Origin: Dehalococcoidia bacterium | Lineage (GTDB): Bacteria; Chloroflexota; Dehalococcoidia; Lucifugimonadales; UBA3495 | Assembly: GCA_030740155.1 (NCBI GenBank) | Contig: JASLXV010000008.1 | Coordinates: 1 to 64,000 of the forward strand | Direction: 5' to 3' | Length of the DNA stretch: 64,000 nucleotides | Shown: piece after piece, positions 37,601 to 47,484 of the stretch | Layout of the letters: the number at the start of each line of letters is the position of its first letter | How positions within the stretch are numbered: the first letter of the stretch is position 1 | Program-made: the position numbers and the translations under genes | The notes under the pieces: model-generated | Seen by the model: the letters and a program-made list of their open reading frames with translations, nothing else | What the model was told of the DNA's origin: nothing | The model's database searches: none

Positions 37601-38134
37601 ATGATGCCTTCAGGGGAGTCTTGCGTCGACCGCGACTCGGACGGTGCTCTGGCCCGGGCCAAGCGAGACGCCCTACGGTTGCTTGCCTACAGGGCCCGGA
37701 GCGAGGCTGAGGTCCGGCGGCGGCTCGGAAAGAACTACTCCTCGGACATCCTCGACCGGTTAATCTCCTATCTCAAGAAAACACGCTATCTCGACGACAT
37801 TGCGTTCGCTCGGGAGTGGCGTGAGCACCGCGAGCGACTCCGGCCTCGGGCCGCGGGTGTTTTGCGCCAGGAGTTGCTTGGTCTAGGAGTAGATGCCGAG
37901 GTGGTCCGAGAGGCCCTTGAGGGATTTGATGCCGGCGAGAACGCCTACCGCGCGGCACGGGCCGTAGCCGGTAAGCTGAAGGGGAGCGAGTTTCCCGTTT
38001 TCTTGCGCCGGGTCGGGTCGTACCTACATCGGCGCGGCTTCGAAGGGCCGGTCATCGAGGACGCGGTCAACCGAATCTGGCGGGAGCTAGCGGACCCGTT
38101 GGACGGCGGCGTAGACGCCGAAACCGAGGAATAG
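37601..38134 (+). CDS. recX: regulatory protein RecX
   Basis: ALRLLAYRARSEAE, YLDDIAFA, YLHRRGF; downstream of recA. Confidence 0.88.
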   Translation: MMPSGESCVDRDSDGALARAKRDALRLLAYRARSEAEVRRRLGKNYSSDILDRLISYLKKTRYLDDIAFAREWREHRERLRPRAAGVLRQELLGLGVDAEVVREALEGFDAGENAYRAARAVAGKLKGSEFPVFLRRVGSYLHRRGFEGPVIEDAVNRIWRELADPLDGGVDAETEE

Positions 38135-38602
38135 CAGCCCAAAGATGCTGAAACTGAAAGGGCTGATGATCCAGCTAATCAGGAAGGCGCCCGCGACGGA
38201 GCCTCCGGTGATCCAAGCCAGTCCGGTGCCGCGCTTGCGGTTGACCGCCTTGCTGATGAGTTCCCCGGCCCCGTAGCCAACCCCAATGGCAGCCAGGGAG
38301 GGGAAGAAAGGGATTGCCCCGAAGATGCTGGTGAACAGGGCCCACAGGAGGCCACCGGCGATTGCCACCGCTACCGCGACGCCCGCGGCCCGGGCGTAGT
38401 AGGTGGGCCGCACGTCGTAGGTGGGCATCCGGACCGCTTTGCCGCACTCCCGGCAGCGGATTCCCACCGGCGCCTGCACCATGCATTGGGTGCAAACAAA
38501 CTTCGCACACCGGCTGCAAAACAACCCCGTCTCCACGGCCGGGTGCCAATGGCAGTGGTGGACCGCCTCCTGTTCCTGCTCGGTTTGCGCTGAATGGTCC
38601 AT
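38087..38602 (-). CDS. B-box-like zinc-finger membrane protein
   Basis: CHWHP...CSRC...CTQC...CREC followed by ~4 TM segments; ATG 38602. Confidence 0.75.
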   Translation of the reverse strand: MDHSAQTEQEQEAVHHCHWHPAVETGLFCSRCAKFVCTQCMVQAPVGIRCRECGKAVRMPTYDVRPTYYARAAGVAVAVAIAGGLLWALFTSIFGAIPFFPSLAAIGVGYGAGELISKAVNRKRGTGLAWITGGSVAGAFLISWIISPFSFSIFGLLFLGFGVYAAVQRVR

Positions 38603-38628
38603 AACCCTCGACTCAGGCCTGAATCGCT

Positions 38629-39303
38629 CTATTTGGCGCCTTGGGGTTGTCGGTGCACCCAATCGGCGCGATCGTCCACGTCCCGGTCCCGAAACAGGCG
38701 GTTGAAAATCACCTTCCTTTTCGGAAGACCTTCCGGCAGTGGAGTCCAGTTGGATAGCAGCCGCTTCAAAGATATTAGCAGCAGTAAGCCGGCACAATAC
38801 CAGCTTAACATGCCCGGCGCCCCGGAGAGGAATGCCCAGAGCGGCAGCAATGCCAGGGAAATCAGCACCCAAACTCCCGAGCTTCGAGTCACGGCCCAGC
38901 CCAAGAGGGCAATCGCGATAGCCGTCGCCATCAACAAGGGGGAGAGGGCCAGAAGCGTGCCAACCGTGACCGCGATGCCTCGGCCTCCCTGAAACTTCAG
39001 GAATACCGACCAGTTGTTTCCAGCAATAGCCAACAGCGGAACGACCACCAGAAGGGCCGAGGAGGTTTCCCAATCCAGCAAATACCGCCCGATCCAAACC
39101 GGGGCAGCTCCCTTGAGAAAGACCTCAGATACCGACAACGGGACCACCCACCATCTCCCGACGTGACGAAAGAGGTTGGCAGCCCCCACGTTGCCGCTGC
39201 CGTAGCCCCGGATGTCCACCCCCTTCACCAGCTTGCCCATTAGATAGGCACTGGGAATGGACCCCACCAGATAGGAAAAGATGTACAGCCCTGCTATTTC
39301 CAT
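38629..39303 (-). CDS. plsY: glycerol-3-phosphate acyltransferase PlsY-like protein (second paralog)
   Basis: SYLVGSIP, DIRGYGSGNVGAAN, FQGGRG. Confidence 0.82.
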   Translation of the reverse strand: MEIAGLYIFSYLVGSIPSAYLMGKLVKGVDIRGYGSGNVGAANLFRHVGRWWVVPLSVSEVFLKGAAPVWIGRYLLDWETSSALLVVVPLLAIAGNNWSVFLKFQGGRGIAVTVGTLLALSPLLMATAIAIALLGWAVTRSSGVWVLISLALLPLWAFLSGAPGMLSWYCAGLLLLISLKRLLSNWTPLPEGLPKRKVIFNRLFRDRDVDDRADWVHRQPQGAK

Positions 39304-39341
39304 AGAAAACAGCCGAAGTGCAGCCAGGTTCCTGGGAAGCG

Positions 39342-40193
39342 CTAGCTTCGGAAGGTTCGCGCCAGTTTACTGGCCGCCTCTTCCAGGCGTTCCACCGTCG
39401 ACAGAGGCGGTCCCAGGGTGCCCGGCAGGGGTTCGCCGGAGTTGCCCAGCCCGTGGTAGTCGCTGCCTCCGCAGGGGATCAGGTCATATTGCGCCGCCAA
39501 CCGCTCCAGTTTTCGGCGCGTATCCGCGTCGAACTGGGCGTAGTGGACCTCCAACCCCAGGAGGCCGGCGGTCTTCAACTTGGCGATCGAGGCTTCCATG
39601 TTCTTCAAGTAGGCCGGGTGGGCCAGCACCGGTACGCCGCCGACCCTGGTCAGGGTTTGGACCGCCTCTTCCGGTGTCACCTTCTCCCGCTCAGCATAGG
39701 CCAACCCGCCACGGCCCAAATACTCGGTGAACGCGTCCCGGGGCTCGTTGCAATAACCGTTCTCCACCATGGCCAAGGCGATGTGCGGGCGGCCCACGGC
39801 TCCGTCGCCGGCGATCTCCAGGACCCGCTCCCATTCCACGTGAACCCCCAGGCTGGCTAGCTTTTCCACCATCATCTGGCCACGCTCCAAACGGCCCGCG
39901 CGGAACTTTCGCAGCATCTCCTGGAACTCCTCATCCTCATAGTGGATGAAGTACCCCAGCATGTGAATCTCATCGCCGGGAATGTCGGTGCTCAGCTCGA
40001 TGCCTGGGATTATCCGCAGGTTGGGGAACTCCTCCGCGGCCCGGTAGGCTTCGGCCAGCCCCTCGGTGGTATCGTGGTCGGATATGGATATCTGCTGTAG
40101 CCCCTGGCTCGCCACCAGCCGGATCAGCTCGGTGGGGGAAAGCCGGCCGTCGGAAGCGGTGGTGTGTAAATGGAGGTCGACGAGGGCGCCCAT
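39342..40193 (-). CDS. PHP-domain phosphoesterase (TrpH/YciV-like)
   Basis: DLHLHTTASDG, SDHD, GRPHIA, LAHP, GGSDYHG. Confidence 0.9.
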   Translation of the reverse strand: MGALVDLHLHTTASDGRLSPTELIRLVASQGLQQISISDHDTTEGLAEAYRAAEEFPNLRIIPGIELSTDIPGDEIHMLGYFIHYEDEEFQEMLRKFRAGRLERGQMMVEKLASLGVHVEWERVLEIAGDGAVGRPHIALAMVENGYCNEPRDAFTEYLGRGGLAYAEREKVTPEEAVQTLTRVGGVPVLAHPAYLKNMEASIAKLKTAGLLGLEVHYAQFDADTRRKLERLAAQYDLIPCGGSDYHGLGNSGEPLPGTLGPPLSTVERLEEAASKLARTFRS

Positions 40194-40194
40194 T

Positions 40195-40965
40195 CTAGCT
40201 CACCATCCGGTCCAAGCGCTCGATAGACTGGGCCTTCCCCGTTTCCACGTCAATGTCCAGCAGCACCGAGTTCATCAACACCGGTCCCCGGGCTACCGTG
40301 AGCCGCTGGGGCAATCCCGAGAGGAACCTCTCCAAGACCGCGCTGGGATCGCTACCGATAACCGAGTCCGCCGGCCCGGTCATCCCCACATCGGTGACAT
40401 AGGCCGTACCTTGGGGCAGAATCTTGGTATCCACGGTGCCGACGTGGGTGTGGGTGCCCACGACCGCGCTCACCCGGCCGTCCAGATACCAACCCAGGGC
40501 TTGCTTTTCGGACGTGGCCTCGGCGTGGAAGTCCACGATAATCACCCGGGGGCCACCTGCGGCCTCGGATTCATTCAGGAGCTGGTCCGCGGTGCGGAAA
40601 GGGCAGTCCAAAGGCGGCAAGAAGACGCGGCCGATCAAGTTGACCACCATCACATCGCCCCAGACCAGGCTGCCCCGGCCGGGCGCATTGGGGTAGTTGG
40701 CCGGGCGCACAAGTGGGATCTCCCCGTCCATGTGGGGAATGATCTCCCGCTGGTCCCAGATGTGATTGCCGGAGGTTAAGACATCCACGCCGCTCTCGAG
40801 CAACTCGTAGGCCGTGTCCAGGGTAAGCCCGAACCCGCCGGCCGTGTTCTCGGCGTTGGCGATGACCATGTCGATGCCGCATTCCTGCCGGACCAGGGGC
40901 ACCAGCTTCTGGAGGGCCCGCCGCCCCGGCTTGCCAATCACGTCACCGATCATCAATATGCGCAA
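40195..40965 (-). CDS. ymdB: YmdB-family metallophosphoesterase
   Basis: GDVIGKPG, SGNHIWD, DFHAEATSEK, GTHTHV, TDVGMTG. Confidence 0.92.
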   Translation of the reverse strand: MRILMIGDVIGKPGRRALQKLVPLVRQECGIDMVIANAENTAGGFGLTLDTAYELLESGVDVLTSGNHIWDQREIIPHMDGEIPLVRPANYPNAPGRGSLVWGDVMVVNLIGRVFLPPLDCPFRTADQLLNESEAAGGPRVIIVDFHAEATSEKQALGWYLDGRVSAVVGTHTHVGTVDTKILPQGTAYVTDVGMTGPADSVIGSDPSAVLERFLSGLPQRLTVARGPVLMNSVLLDIDVETGKAQSIERLDRMVS

Positions 40966-41139
40966 GAGTGATCGCTCCCCCGTTTCAGCCGCCGCGACAG
41001 TCGAAGGGGACCCAGTCCCGGCTACAGCGGCGCCCTGGATCCCCTATCGAGGACTGTATCCGATACCGTTTGGTATGTTTGGTCACCGGGTGCCCCGTCC
41101 GGCCGGTAATGGTGGCAAGCCGGAAGATCAGCGGAGGCG

Positions 41140-42666
41140 TTACCTGGCGTATTCCACGTTCCGGGTCTCCCGGATAACGGTGACCTTGATTTGCCCGGGG
41201 AAAACCAGGTCGTCCTCAACCTTCTTCGCGATGTTCCGGGCCAATGAGGCAGCCTCGATGTCTGTCAGGTCATCGGGTTTCACCATGACTCTGACCTCGC
41301 GGCCCGCCTGGATGGCGAAGGCCCGCTCGACCCCGCCGAAGCTGGTGGCCACGCCCTCCAGGTCGCGGAGGCGCTTCACGTACAGCTCCAAGGACTCTTT
41401 CCGGGCCCCGGGCCGGGCGGCGCTGATGGCGTCGGCGGAGGCCACCATAAACGACTCGATGGTCTCATGCTCGTCGCTGTGGTGTTCCAGGATGCCACGG
41501 TAGGAGCTGTGGTTGACGCCGTACTTCCGGGCTATCTCCGCCCCGATCTCAGCATGGGGGCCGGAGACCTCATGGGTCACGGCTTTGCCGATGTCATGGA
41601 GCAAGCCACCGATCTTGGCCACCATGACGTTTGCTCCCGCTTCGGCCGCCAGCATACCGGAAAGCAGCGACACCTCGATGGAGTGTTTGAGAACATTTTC
41701 GCCGTAGCTGTACCGGTACTTGAGTTGGCCTAGCAGCTTGATCAGCTCTGGGTCCAGCCCGCTCACGCCCACCTCGAAAGTGGCCTGCTCGCCGGCTTTC
41801 CAGATAGTCTGCTCGATCTCAGCTTGAGCCTTGTGGACCATGTCTTCGATTCGGGCAGGCTGTATCCGTCCGTCGGCAATCAGCTTCTGCAGCGAGAGGC
41901 GCGCGACCTCCCGCCGAACCGGATCGAAGCAGGATACGGTAACCACCTCCGGAGTGTCGTCAATGATGACGTCCACGCCCGTTAGTGATTCCAGAGTTCT
42001 TATGTTCCGCCCCTCGCGACCGATGAGACGGCCTTTCATCTCATCGTTGGGCAGGGAAACAACAGTGGTAGTTATTTCGGAAACGACATCAGTAGCCAGA
42101 CGGTTTATGGCCGTGGTAATGATCTTGCGAGCGTTCTCGTCGGCTCTTGTGCGGAACTCCTTCTCGAGTTCGTAGTGCCGGCGCGCCAGGTCGTGTTGGG
42201 CCTCCTCTTCTCCCCTCTTCACCACTTGCTGGCGTGCTTCGTCTATGGTGAGGTTGGCTATCTCCTCCAGCGCTTGACGTTGCCGGGATTTCAGGTCCTC
42301 AACCTCGGTGAGGGCCTCTCGCGCCGCGGATTCCCTAGCGGCGATGTCACGCTGTTGTTCTTCCTGAGCCTCGACCTTACGCTCTAGCTGCTCTTCCCTT
42401 TGGAGGTACCTTCGTTCTAGCCGGCTGAGTTCCTGCCGATTTTCCTTGATTTCTCGATCAGCGTCCGTGCGTAGATTGAGCACCTCTTCCTGGGCCGCCA
42501 GAAGGAGCTTTCGCTTTTCCTCCTCGCCCTGGGAAACAATGCCTTTGGCCGTTTCATTGGCCTCCAGCGCCTGGGTACCGTCTGCTTTGGCTCTACCGAA
42601 TAGCCGGGTTACTACCTCTTTCCCTGCGGCCGCCAGTGCGGACAGGAAAACGATGATAATTCTCAC
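41140..42666 (-). CDS. rny: ribonuclease Y
   Basis: Coiled coil, KH domain MKGRLIGREGRNIR, HD motif LLHDIGK, ADAISAARPGAR. Confidence 0.95.
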   Translation of the reverse strand: MRIIIVFLSALAAAGKEVVTRLFGRAKADGTQALEANETAKGIVSQGEEEKRKLLLAAQEEVLNLRTDADREIKENRQELSRLERRYLQREEQLERKVEAQEEQQRDIAARESAAREALTEVEDLKSRQRQALEEIANLTIDEARQQVVKRGEEEAQHDLARRHYELEKEFRTRADENARKIITTAINRLATDVVSEITTTVVSLPNDEMKGRLIGREGRNIRTLESLTGVDVIIDDTPEVVTVSCFDPVRREVARLSLQKLIADGRIQPARIEDMVHKAQAEIEQTIWKAGEQATFEVGVSGLDPELIKLLGQLKYRYSYGENVLKHSIEVSLLSGMLAAEAGANVMVAKIGGLLHDIGKAVTHEVSGPHAEIGAEIARKYGVNHSSYRGILEHHSDEHETIESFMVASADAISAARPGARKESLELYVKRLRDLEGVATSFGGVERAFAIQAGREVRVMVKPDDLTDIEAASLARNIAKKVEDDLVFPGQIKVTVIRETRNVEYAR

Positions 42667-42726
42667 GGTATCACCCGTTCCTTCCCGCTAGTTGGCCTAG
42701 TCAGGAGTCCTCAAATTTGTGCTAAT

Positions 42727-42755
42727 ATCGTAGCGATAAGCGTTAACCCTGTCAA
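42727..42755 (-). promoter_or_regulatory. sigma70-type promoter for the rny operon
   Basis: TTGACA-17 bp-TACGAT on the minus strand. Confidence 0.6.
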
Positions 42756-42929
42756 GGAGAGCTGGCTTCCAGACCCCGTTACATCGGGTATTCAGTACCT
42801 TCACAGCTGATCGCTTTATGCCCTGCTGGAGTCATCTATCGGCCCGCGTGGGGCTGGACCGGCACCGTTTCAACCGCCCCGGATTTCTCATTTCGTCGAG
42901 ATCACGGGGAGATAGTGACTGTTCTTCTC

Positions 42930-42958
42930 TTGAGCCTCCCATTCCGCTGCACTATAAT
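42930..42958 (+). promoter_or_regulatory. sigma70-type promoter for dnaJ
   Basis: TTGAGC-17 bp-TATAAT. Confidence 0.6.
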
Positions 42959-43021
42959 GGGAGGGATACTATCGACTGGTGCGGCGCACTTCGCTTCACC
43001 AACCGCCGCAGGTGATATTAC

Positions 43022-44188
43022 ATGGCCAACCTGGACTATTACGAAGTCCTGGGAGTACCTAAAAGCGGTTCCGAGGAGGATATCCGTAAGGCCTTTCGCA
43101 AAAAGGCGATGGAGTTTCACCCGGACCGTAACAAGAGTCCCGACGCCGAAGACAAGTTCAAAGAGATCAACGAGGCCTACCAGGTCCTGTCCAACGGGAA
43201 CAAACGGGCTCAATACGACCGCTTCGGCCACGCCGGAGCGGGCTCGAACGGTGGCTTCGACCGCCCGTTCGAAGGGTTCGACGTATTCGGCGGATTCGGG
43301 GATATTTTCGATTCCTTTTTCGGGGATATCTCAGGTCGCCGGAACCGCGAGGCCCAGCGGGGCGGCGACCTGCAGCACCGCGTAGTCCTCTCCTTCGAGG
43401 AGGCGGTCTTCGGCGCCGAACACCAAGTTGAGGTCAACCGCCTGGAACGGTGCCAGCGCTGCTCGGGCGCCGGGAACGAGCCGGGCACCCCTCTCAACAA
43501 TTGCCAGACCTGCCGGGGCGCCGGCCAGGTGCGCCGGGCCCAGCGAAGCATCTTTGGCCAGTTCACCCAGGTCAGCGTGTGCCCCACCTGCCAGGGCCGG
43601 GGCCAGGTTGTTCAAACCATGTGCAACGACTGCCAGGGCGGCGGCCTGGAACGGCGTAAGCGCAAGATAGCCGTTAGAATACCTGCCGGCGTTGAGCTCG
43701 GAATGCAGGTGCGCTTGAGCGGCGAGGGGGATGTCGGGGACGAAGGCGGGACGGCTGGAAACCTGTATGTTCACGTGGACGTGCGGGAACACGAGTTCTT
43801 CCACCGGGATGGTAATGACCTGGTGTACCGCCTGATCATAAATGTGAGCGAAGCCGCTTTGGGAGTGGAGAAACTGATACCGGTCCTTGAGAAAGACGGC
43901 GGCGGACAGGCTATCAGGATACCCCACGGAACCCAGCCCGGAGCCGAATTCAGGCTTCGCGGGAAGGGCGTTCCCCATATCAACAGCTCCCGGCGCGGCG
44001 ACCTGAAGGTGTTGGTTGACATACAGGTCCCCCGAACCCTCACTTCACGCCAGCGCAAGCTCCTCGAGGCGTTGGCTAGCTCGATGGACTCCGATGGGGA
44101 GCCAGACGAGGCATTAGACGTGGAATTGGAAATGGACGGGGACAAAGACAAGGGGCTGATAAACCGGATCAAAGAGGCTTTGGGCTAA
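43022..44188 (+). CDS. dnaJ: chaperone DnaJ
   Basis: J domain HPD, G/F region, four CxxCxGxG repeats. Confidence 0.96.
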   Translation: MANLDYYEVLGVPKSGSEEDIRKAFRKKAMEFHPDRNKSPDAEDKFKEINEAYQVLSNGNKRAQYDRFGHAGAGSNGGFDRPFEGFDVFGGFGDIFDSFFGDISGRRNREAQRGGDLQHRVVLSFEEAVFGAEHQVEVNRLERCQRCSGAGNEPGTPLNNCQTCRGAGQVRRAQRSIFGQFTQVSVCPTCQGRGQVVQTMCNDCQGGGLERRKRKIAVRIPAGVELGMQVRLSGEGDVGDEGGTAGNLYVHVDVREHEFFHRDGNDLVYRLIINVSEAALGVEKLIPVLEKDGGGQAIRIPHGTQPGAEFRLRGKGVPHINSSRRGDLKVLVDIQVPRTLTSRQRKLLEALASSMDSDGEPDEALDVELEMDGDKDKGLINRIKEALG

Positions 44189-44291
44189 GCACCGCCGGGG
44201 CCTCGTCGCATCTTCGGGCGGCGAGACGTGGCGGAGTGGGCGAGCCCAAGCTGCGTGGCTTCAACTTGGTCCGCGGCCTGCGGTTTTCAAC

Positions 44292-44321
44292 GCCCGGGTA
44301 GTTTTGGCTCCCGGGCTTTTT
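44292..44321 (+). terminator. putative intrinsic terminator between dnaJ and prmA
   Basis: GCCCGGG-11 nt-CCCGGGC followed by TTTTT. Confidence 0.5.
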
Positions 44322-44360
44322 GCGTTAGCCGGTTAATTGCGCTCTTGACTAGGAGGAGAA

Positions 44361-45233
44361 GTGGCTTGGCGGGAGCTTAGCATCGGCGTACCCCATGAGT
44401 ACGTGGAGCCCATTTCGTACCTGTTTAGCCGGTATGGCCGCGGCCTGAGTATGGAGGCGGACGGACCCGACCGCATCTTGCTGCGTACCTTCGTGCCGGC
44501 CACCTCCAAGCAGCGCCTGGCCCGCATCGAGGTTGGCGTCAAACTGGTCTCAATCTTGGAACCCCTGGGAGAACTGAGAATCCGAGAACTGGACGACAAG
44601 GAAGACTGGCAAGAGTCCTGGAAATCCCACTTCGATTTGCTGAGAGTGGGCAGGCGCCTGGTGATAAAGCCGACCTGGATCGAGCACGCACCTCAAGCCG
44701 GCGACATCGTCATCGAGATCAACCCGGGTATGGCCTTCGGAACTGGGTACCACCCGACGACGTACACTTGTTTGGAGGCGATGGATCACTTCGTGCAGCC
44801 CGGAATGTCGGTCTTGGACGTGGGAACCGGCTCCGGAATACTGGCGATAACCGCCGTCAAACTGGGGGCGAACCGCGTCGTCGCCATGGACATAGACCCG
44901 GAGGCGATACGGGCCGCCCGGCAGAATTTCCGCCGCACCCGCACCGCGAAAAAGGTGGGCTTGGCCCAGGGCACCGTGCCCCATCCGTTGGCCGGCCCGG
45001 AGCAGTTCGACCTGGCGGTGGCCAACATCTCGGCCCGGGCCGTCTGCGACCGCGGGCCATCCATCCTGTCTACCTTGCGGCCCGAGGGAATCCTGATCGC
45101 CTCAGGCTTGTTGAAGACCCAACGGCATGAAGTGCTGAGGGTCCTGGAACCGCTGGGCTGCACTCTCATCCGGCAGTGGTCTCAAGAGGACTGGGCATCT
45201 CTGGCGTTCCGGCGCGGTTCCGGCCAGCCGTAG
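44361..45233 (+). CDS. prmA: ribosomal protein L11 methyltransferase
   Basis: PGMAFGTGYHPTT, DVGTGSGIL, VANI, SG; follows dnaJ. Confidence 0.93.
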   Translation: MAWRELSIGVPHEYVEPISYLFSRYGRGLSMEADGPDRILLRTFVPATSKQRLARIEVGVKLVSILEPLGELRIRELDDKEDWQESWKSHFDLLRVGRRLVIKPTWIEHAPQAGDIVIEINPGMAFGTGYHPTTYTCLEAMDHFVQPGMSVLDVGTGSGILAITAVKLGANRVVAMDIDPEAIRAARQNFRRTRTAKKVGLAQGTVPHPLAGPEQFDLAVANISARAVCDRGPSILSTLRPEGILIASGLLKTQRHEVLRVLEPLGCTLIRQWSQEDWASLAFRRGSGQP

Positions 45234-45418
45234 ATTGCCCACTCCCATGCTCTGGCTTCCCGGCTGAGCCGCGCCGGGTGTTATACTGGCGGCGTGCCTG
45301 GCCCGTAGGTTTGACCCGCAGGTTCAACCCGTGGATTAGACCCGATGGTTTTGGCGAAGTCCTGGATCCGTTCGAACGCCTGGACGGCCCAAGGCCACGG
45401 TGAGCGTGACTGTTGCTT

Positions 45419-46453
45419 ATGGAGCAGGTGGACCTGAACCGCTACGAACTGGGCGGAGCTTTGGGCTCCGGGGCCGACTACGAGGTGCGGGCGGCCGTCG
45501 ACCGGAAAACCGGGCGGCAGGTGGTGCTGAAACGGCCCCAGCCTCAAATGGTCCGACGCCAGCTTCACGCCGGCATCGAAAAGCGCACCGAACGCTCTCT
45601 ACGGGCCCACCGTGAAGTGGGCCATTCGATTCCCCTGGTGGTCCCGGTTCTCGGTTACACTGAGCGCACCCTCCACGACGAGTATTTTGGCGAATCCCTG
45701 GGGCAGGAATACCGGGTAACCGTGGAGGAACGAGCCCTGGGCATTCCCCTGGTTGGTGACCCCATGGCCCGCATCACCGGGGTGCCTGTTGGGGTAGGGC
45801 AAAACCTCTTTGCCCTGTTCCCTCTGGCCGCGCTGGACCGCCAACCTTCCTTCCCGATTCAACGGCAGCTGCTGGACGTGGAAGAGGGGTTCTACCAGGC
45901 CGGATACATCCTGCTGGACCTCCGCCCCCAGAACATCTTTTACCAGCCGGAATCAAGGCGCATCACCGTCGTGGATTGCGGCGCCCTGATCGAGATTGGC
46001 GAAGAGCCCGCATCCCACGGGAACGTGCCTGGGAGTCTAGCCGCGGACATCCATGATTTCTACCTGGAAATGCTAAAGTTTTACACTACTTCGCAGCCTC
46101 CTCCCGCTGAAGCCAAGGGATACCGGGAGCCCCATGGGCTTCGTCCCGTGGTACGCTTTGAGGAGGAGTTGGACCAGATGTCTCGTGATTTCGGCGCCAC
46201 GCCCGGTCCGCTCCGTGACGCGGCCCTCCCGATGATCGAGAAGGTCCGCGGCCGGTCTTACGCGGATTTCGCCGGCTTCCGCCGCGACCTGACCACCTAC
46301 TTGGAGATCCTCGAGGAGCGGTACCGCGGGCTCCCGAACCTGGAGCAAGCTCGCCAAGTTTGGGCCGAGGCCCTGGGCTGGCTCCGGGGCGAGTATTGGC
46401 GGCGCTACTTATTTCAACCGGAAACCGAGCTTTCGGCCTTCACCGTTACTTAG
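45419..46453 (+). CDS. atypical protein-kinase-fold protein
   Basis: LGSGADYEV Gly loop, VVLK, LLDLRPQNIF catalytic loop, VVDCG in place of DFG. Confidence 0.7.
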   Translation: MEQVDLNRYELGGALGSGADYEVRAAVDRKTGRQVVLKRPQPQMVRRQLHAGIEKRTERSLRAHREVGHSIPLVVPVLGYTERTLHDEYFGESLGQEYRVTVEERALGIPLVGDPMARITGVPVGVGQNLFALFPLAALDRQPSFPIQRQLLDVEEGFYQAGYILLDLRPQNIFYQPESRRITVVDCGALIEIGEEPASHGNVPGSLAADIHDFYLEMLKFYTTSQPPPAEAKGYREPHGLRPVVRFEEELDQMSRDFGATPGPLRDAALPMIEKVRGRSYADFAGFRRDLTTYLEILEERYRGLPNLEQARQVWAEALGWLRGEYWRRYLFQPETELSAFTVT

Positions 46454-46548
46454 GAAACCCGCGACCAGACTCCGGGGCGCCGGACCCGGCAACCTGCTGA
46501 ATTTAGGGGGCGGCCCGAGATCCCCTGGACTCCCGAGGGACGAGGTAT

Positions 46549-47244
46549 ATGCTAGCCAGTGAGGTGGCAACCCTCCAGGACAACTCGATCCATGGAGATG
46601 ACAGCTTCTTGACCCGGGACCTGGGCGGAAGGGCCTTCCTGGACGTGGTCATGGACGGGGTTACCGGCTGCGGCGGGGAGGAGGCCAGCCGCTCGGTAAG
46701 GGATGCATTGGCCGGGGTATCCGTCAACTCCCCGGATGACATCTTGGAGGTGCTGGAACGCGTCAACGAGGAGTTCTTCCAGGTGGGGGGAGGGCGTTAT
46801 CTGTTGACCACCATCTCCGCCGCTCTGTACCGGAATGGCCGGCTAGACGTCATCAGCGCCGGCGACAGCCCGGTCTTTCTCTTTAATCCCGGCTCTATTC
46901 AGCAGCTCAGCGGGCGCGTTGGCGGTCTTCTCCGGGCTAGCGCCGCCAAGCCCATTGGGTCCGGCCCGCACCTGGCGAGCCTAGCCAGGGTGGAGGCTCA
47001 GGTGGAGCCCGGCGCCCGCTTGGTACTGGCGACCGACGGGCTGAGCGACAATATCCAGCGCGAGGAACTGGGGGACCTGGTCCGGCGGGCAACGTCTCCT
47101 CTGGAAGCCGCCGGGAACATTGAACAGACGATCGCAGCCCTCCTCCGGGAGGGCCGGGTGCCGGCCCAGTTGGGCGGGCGGTTTCGCCACGACGACCGGA
47201 CGGCGATCATCCGGTTCTTTGGCGCAGGCGGGCCGGTGATCTAA
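46549..47244 (+). CDS. PP2C-family protein phosphatase
   Basis: GDDS, VMDGV, AGDS, LATDGLSD, HDDRT. Confidence 0.82.
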   Translation: MLASEVATLQDNSIHGDDSFLTRDLGGRAFLDVVMDGVTGCGGEEASRSVRDALAGVSVNSPDDILEVLERVNEEFFQVGGGRYLLTTISAALYRNGRLDVISAGDSPVFLFNPGSIQQLSGRVGGLLRASAAKPIGSGPHLASLARVEAQVEPGARLVLATDGLSDNIQREELGDLVRRATSPLEAAGNIEQTIAALLREGRVPAQLGGRFRHDDRTAIIRFFGAGGPVI

Positions 47245-47484
47245 GACATCCCTCCGATTCTCGACATCTCTAGGGCCGGACCGGAGGACGGCTCAGGGTC
47301 AAACCAGCCTCCGGGGGAGAGGCCCCACCGAATCGAAGCTGCCATTAATGTGCCGTCTCCGTCGGTGCATTGACTGCAATTCGAAGCGCCGCCCCTTGTG
47401 ACATATTTCGAAACTTGCTACAATTCAGCCGTCTGGCCCTCGCGAGCCAGTGGCTGGCGGAACACCCGAAAAGGAGCAATTTCT

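Noticed and set aside
37374..37604. 76-aa ORF between recA and recX
   Set aside because: No SD or homology cue; probably a GC-rich spacer
42700..42730. CIRCE element near dnaJ
   Set aside because: Only a partial TTAGCAC half-site; no matching second arm
47396..47413. Rex-like operator upstream of ino1 (TTGTGACATATTTCGAAA)
   Set aside because: Three mismatches to consensus; more simply a -35 region
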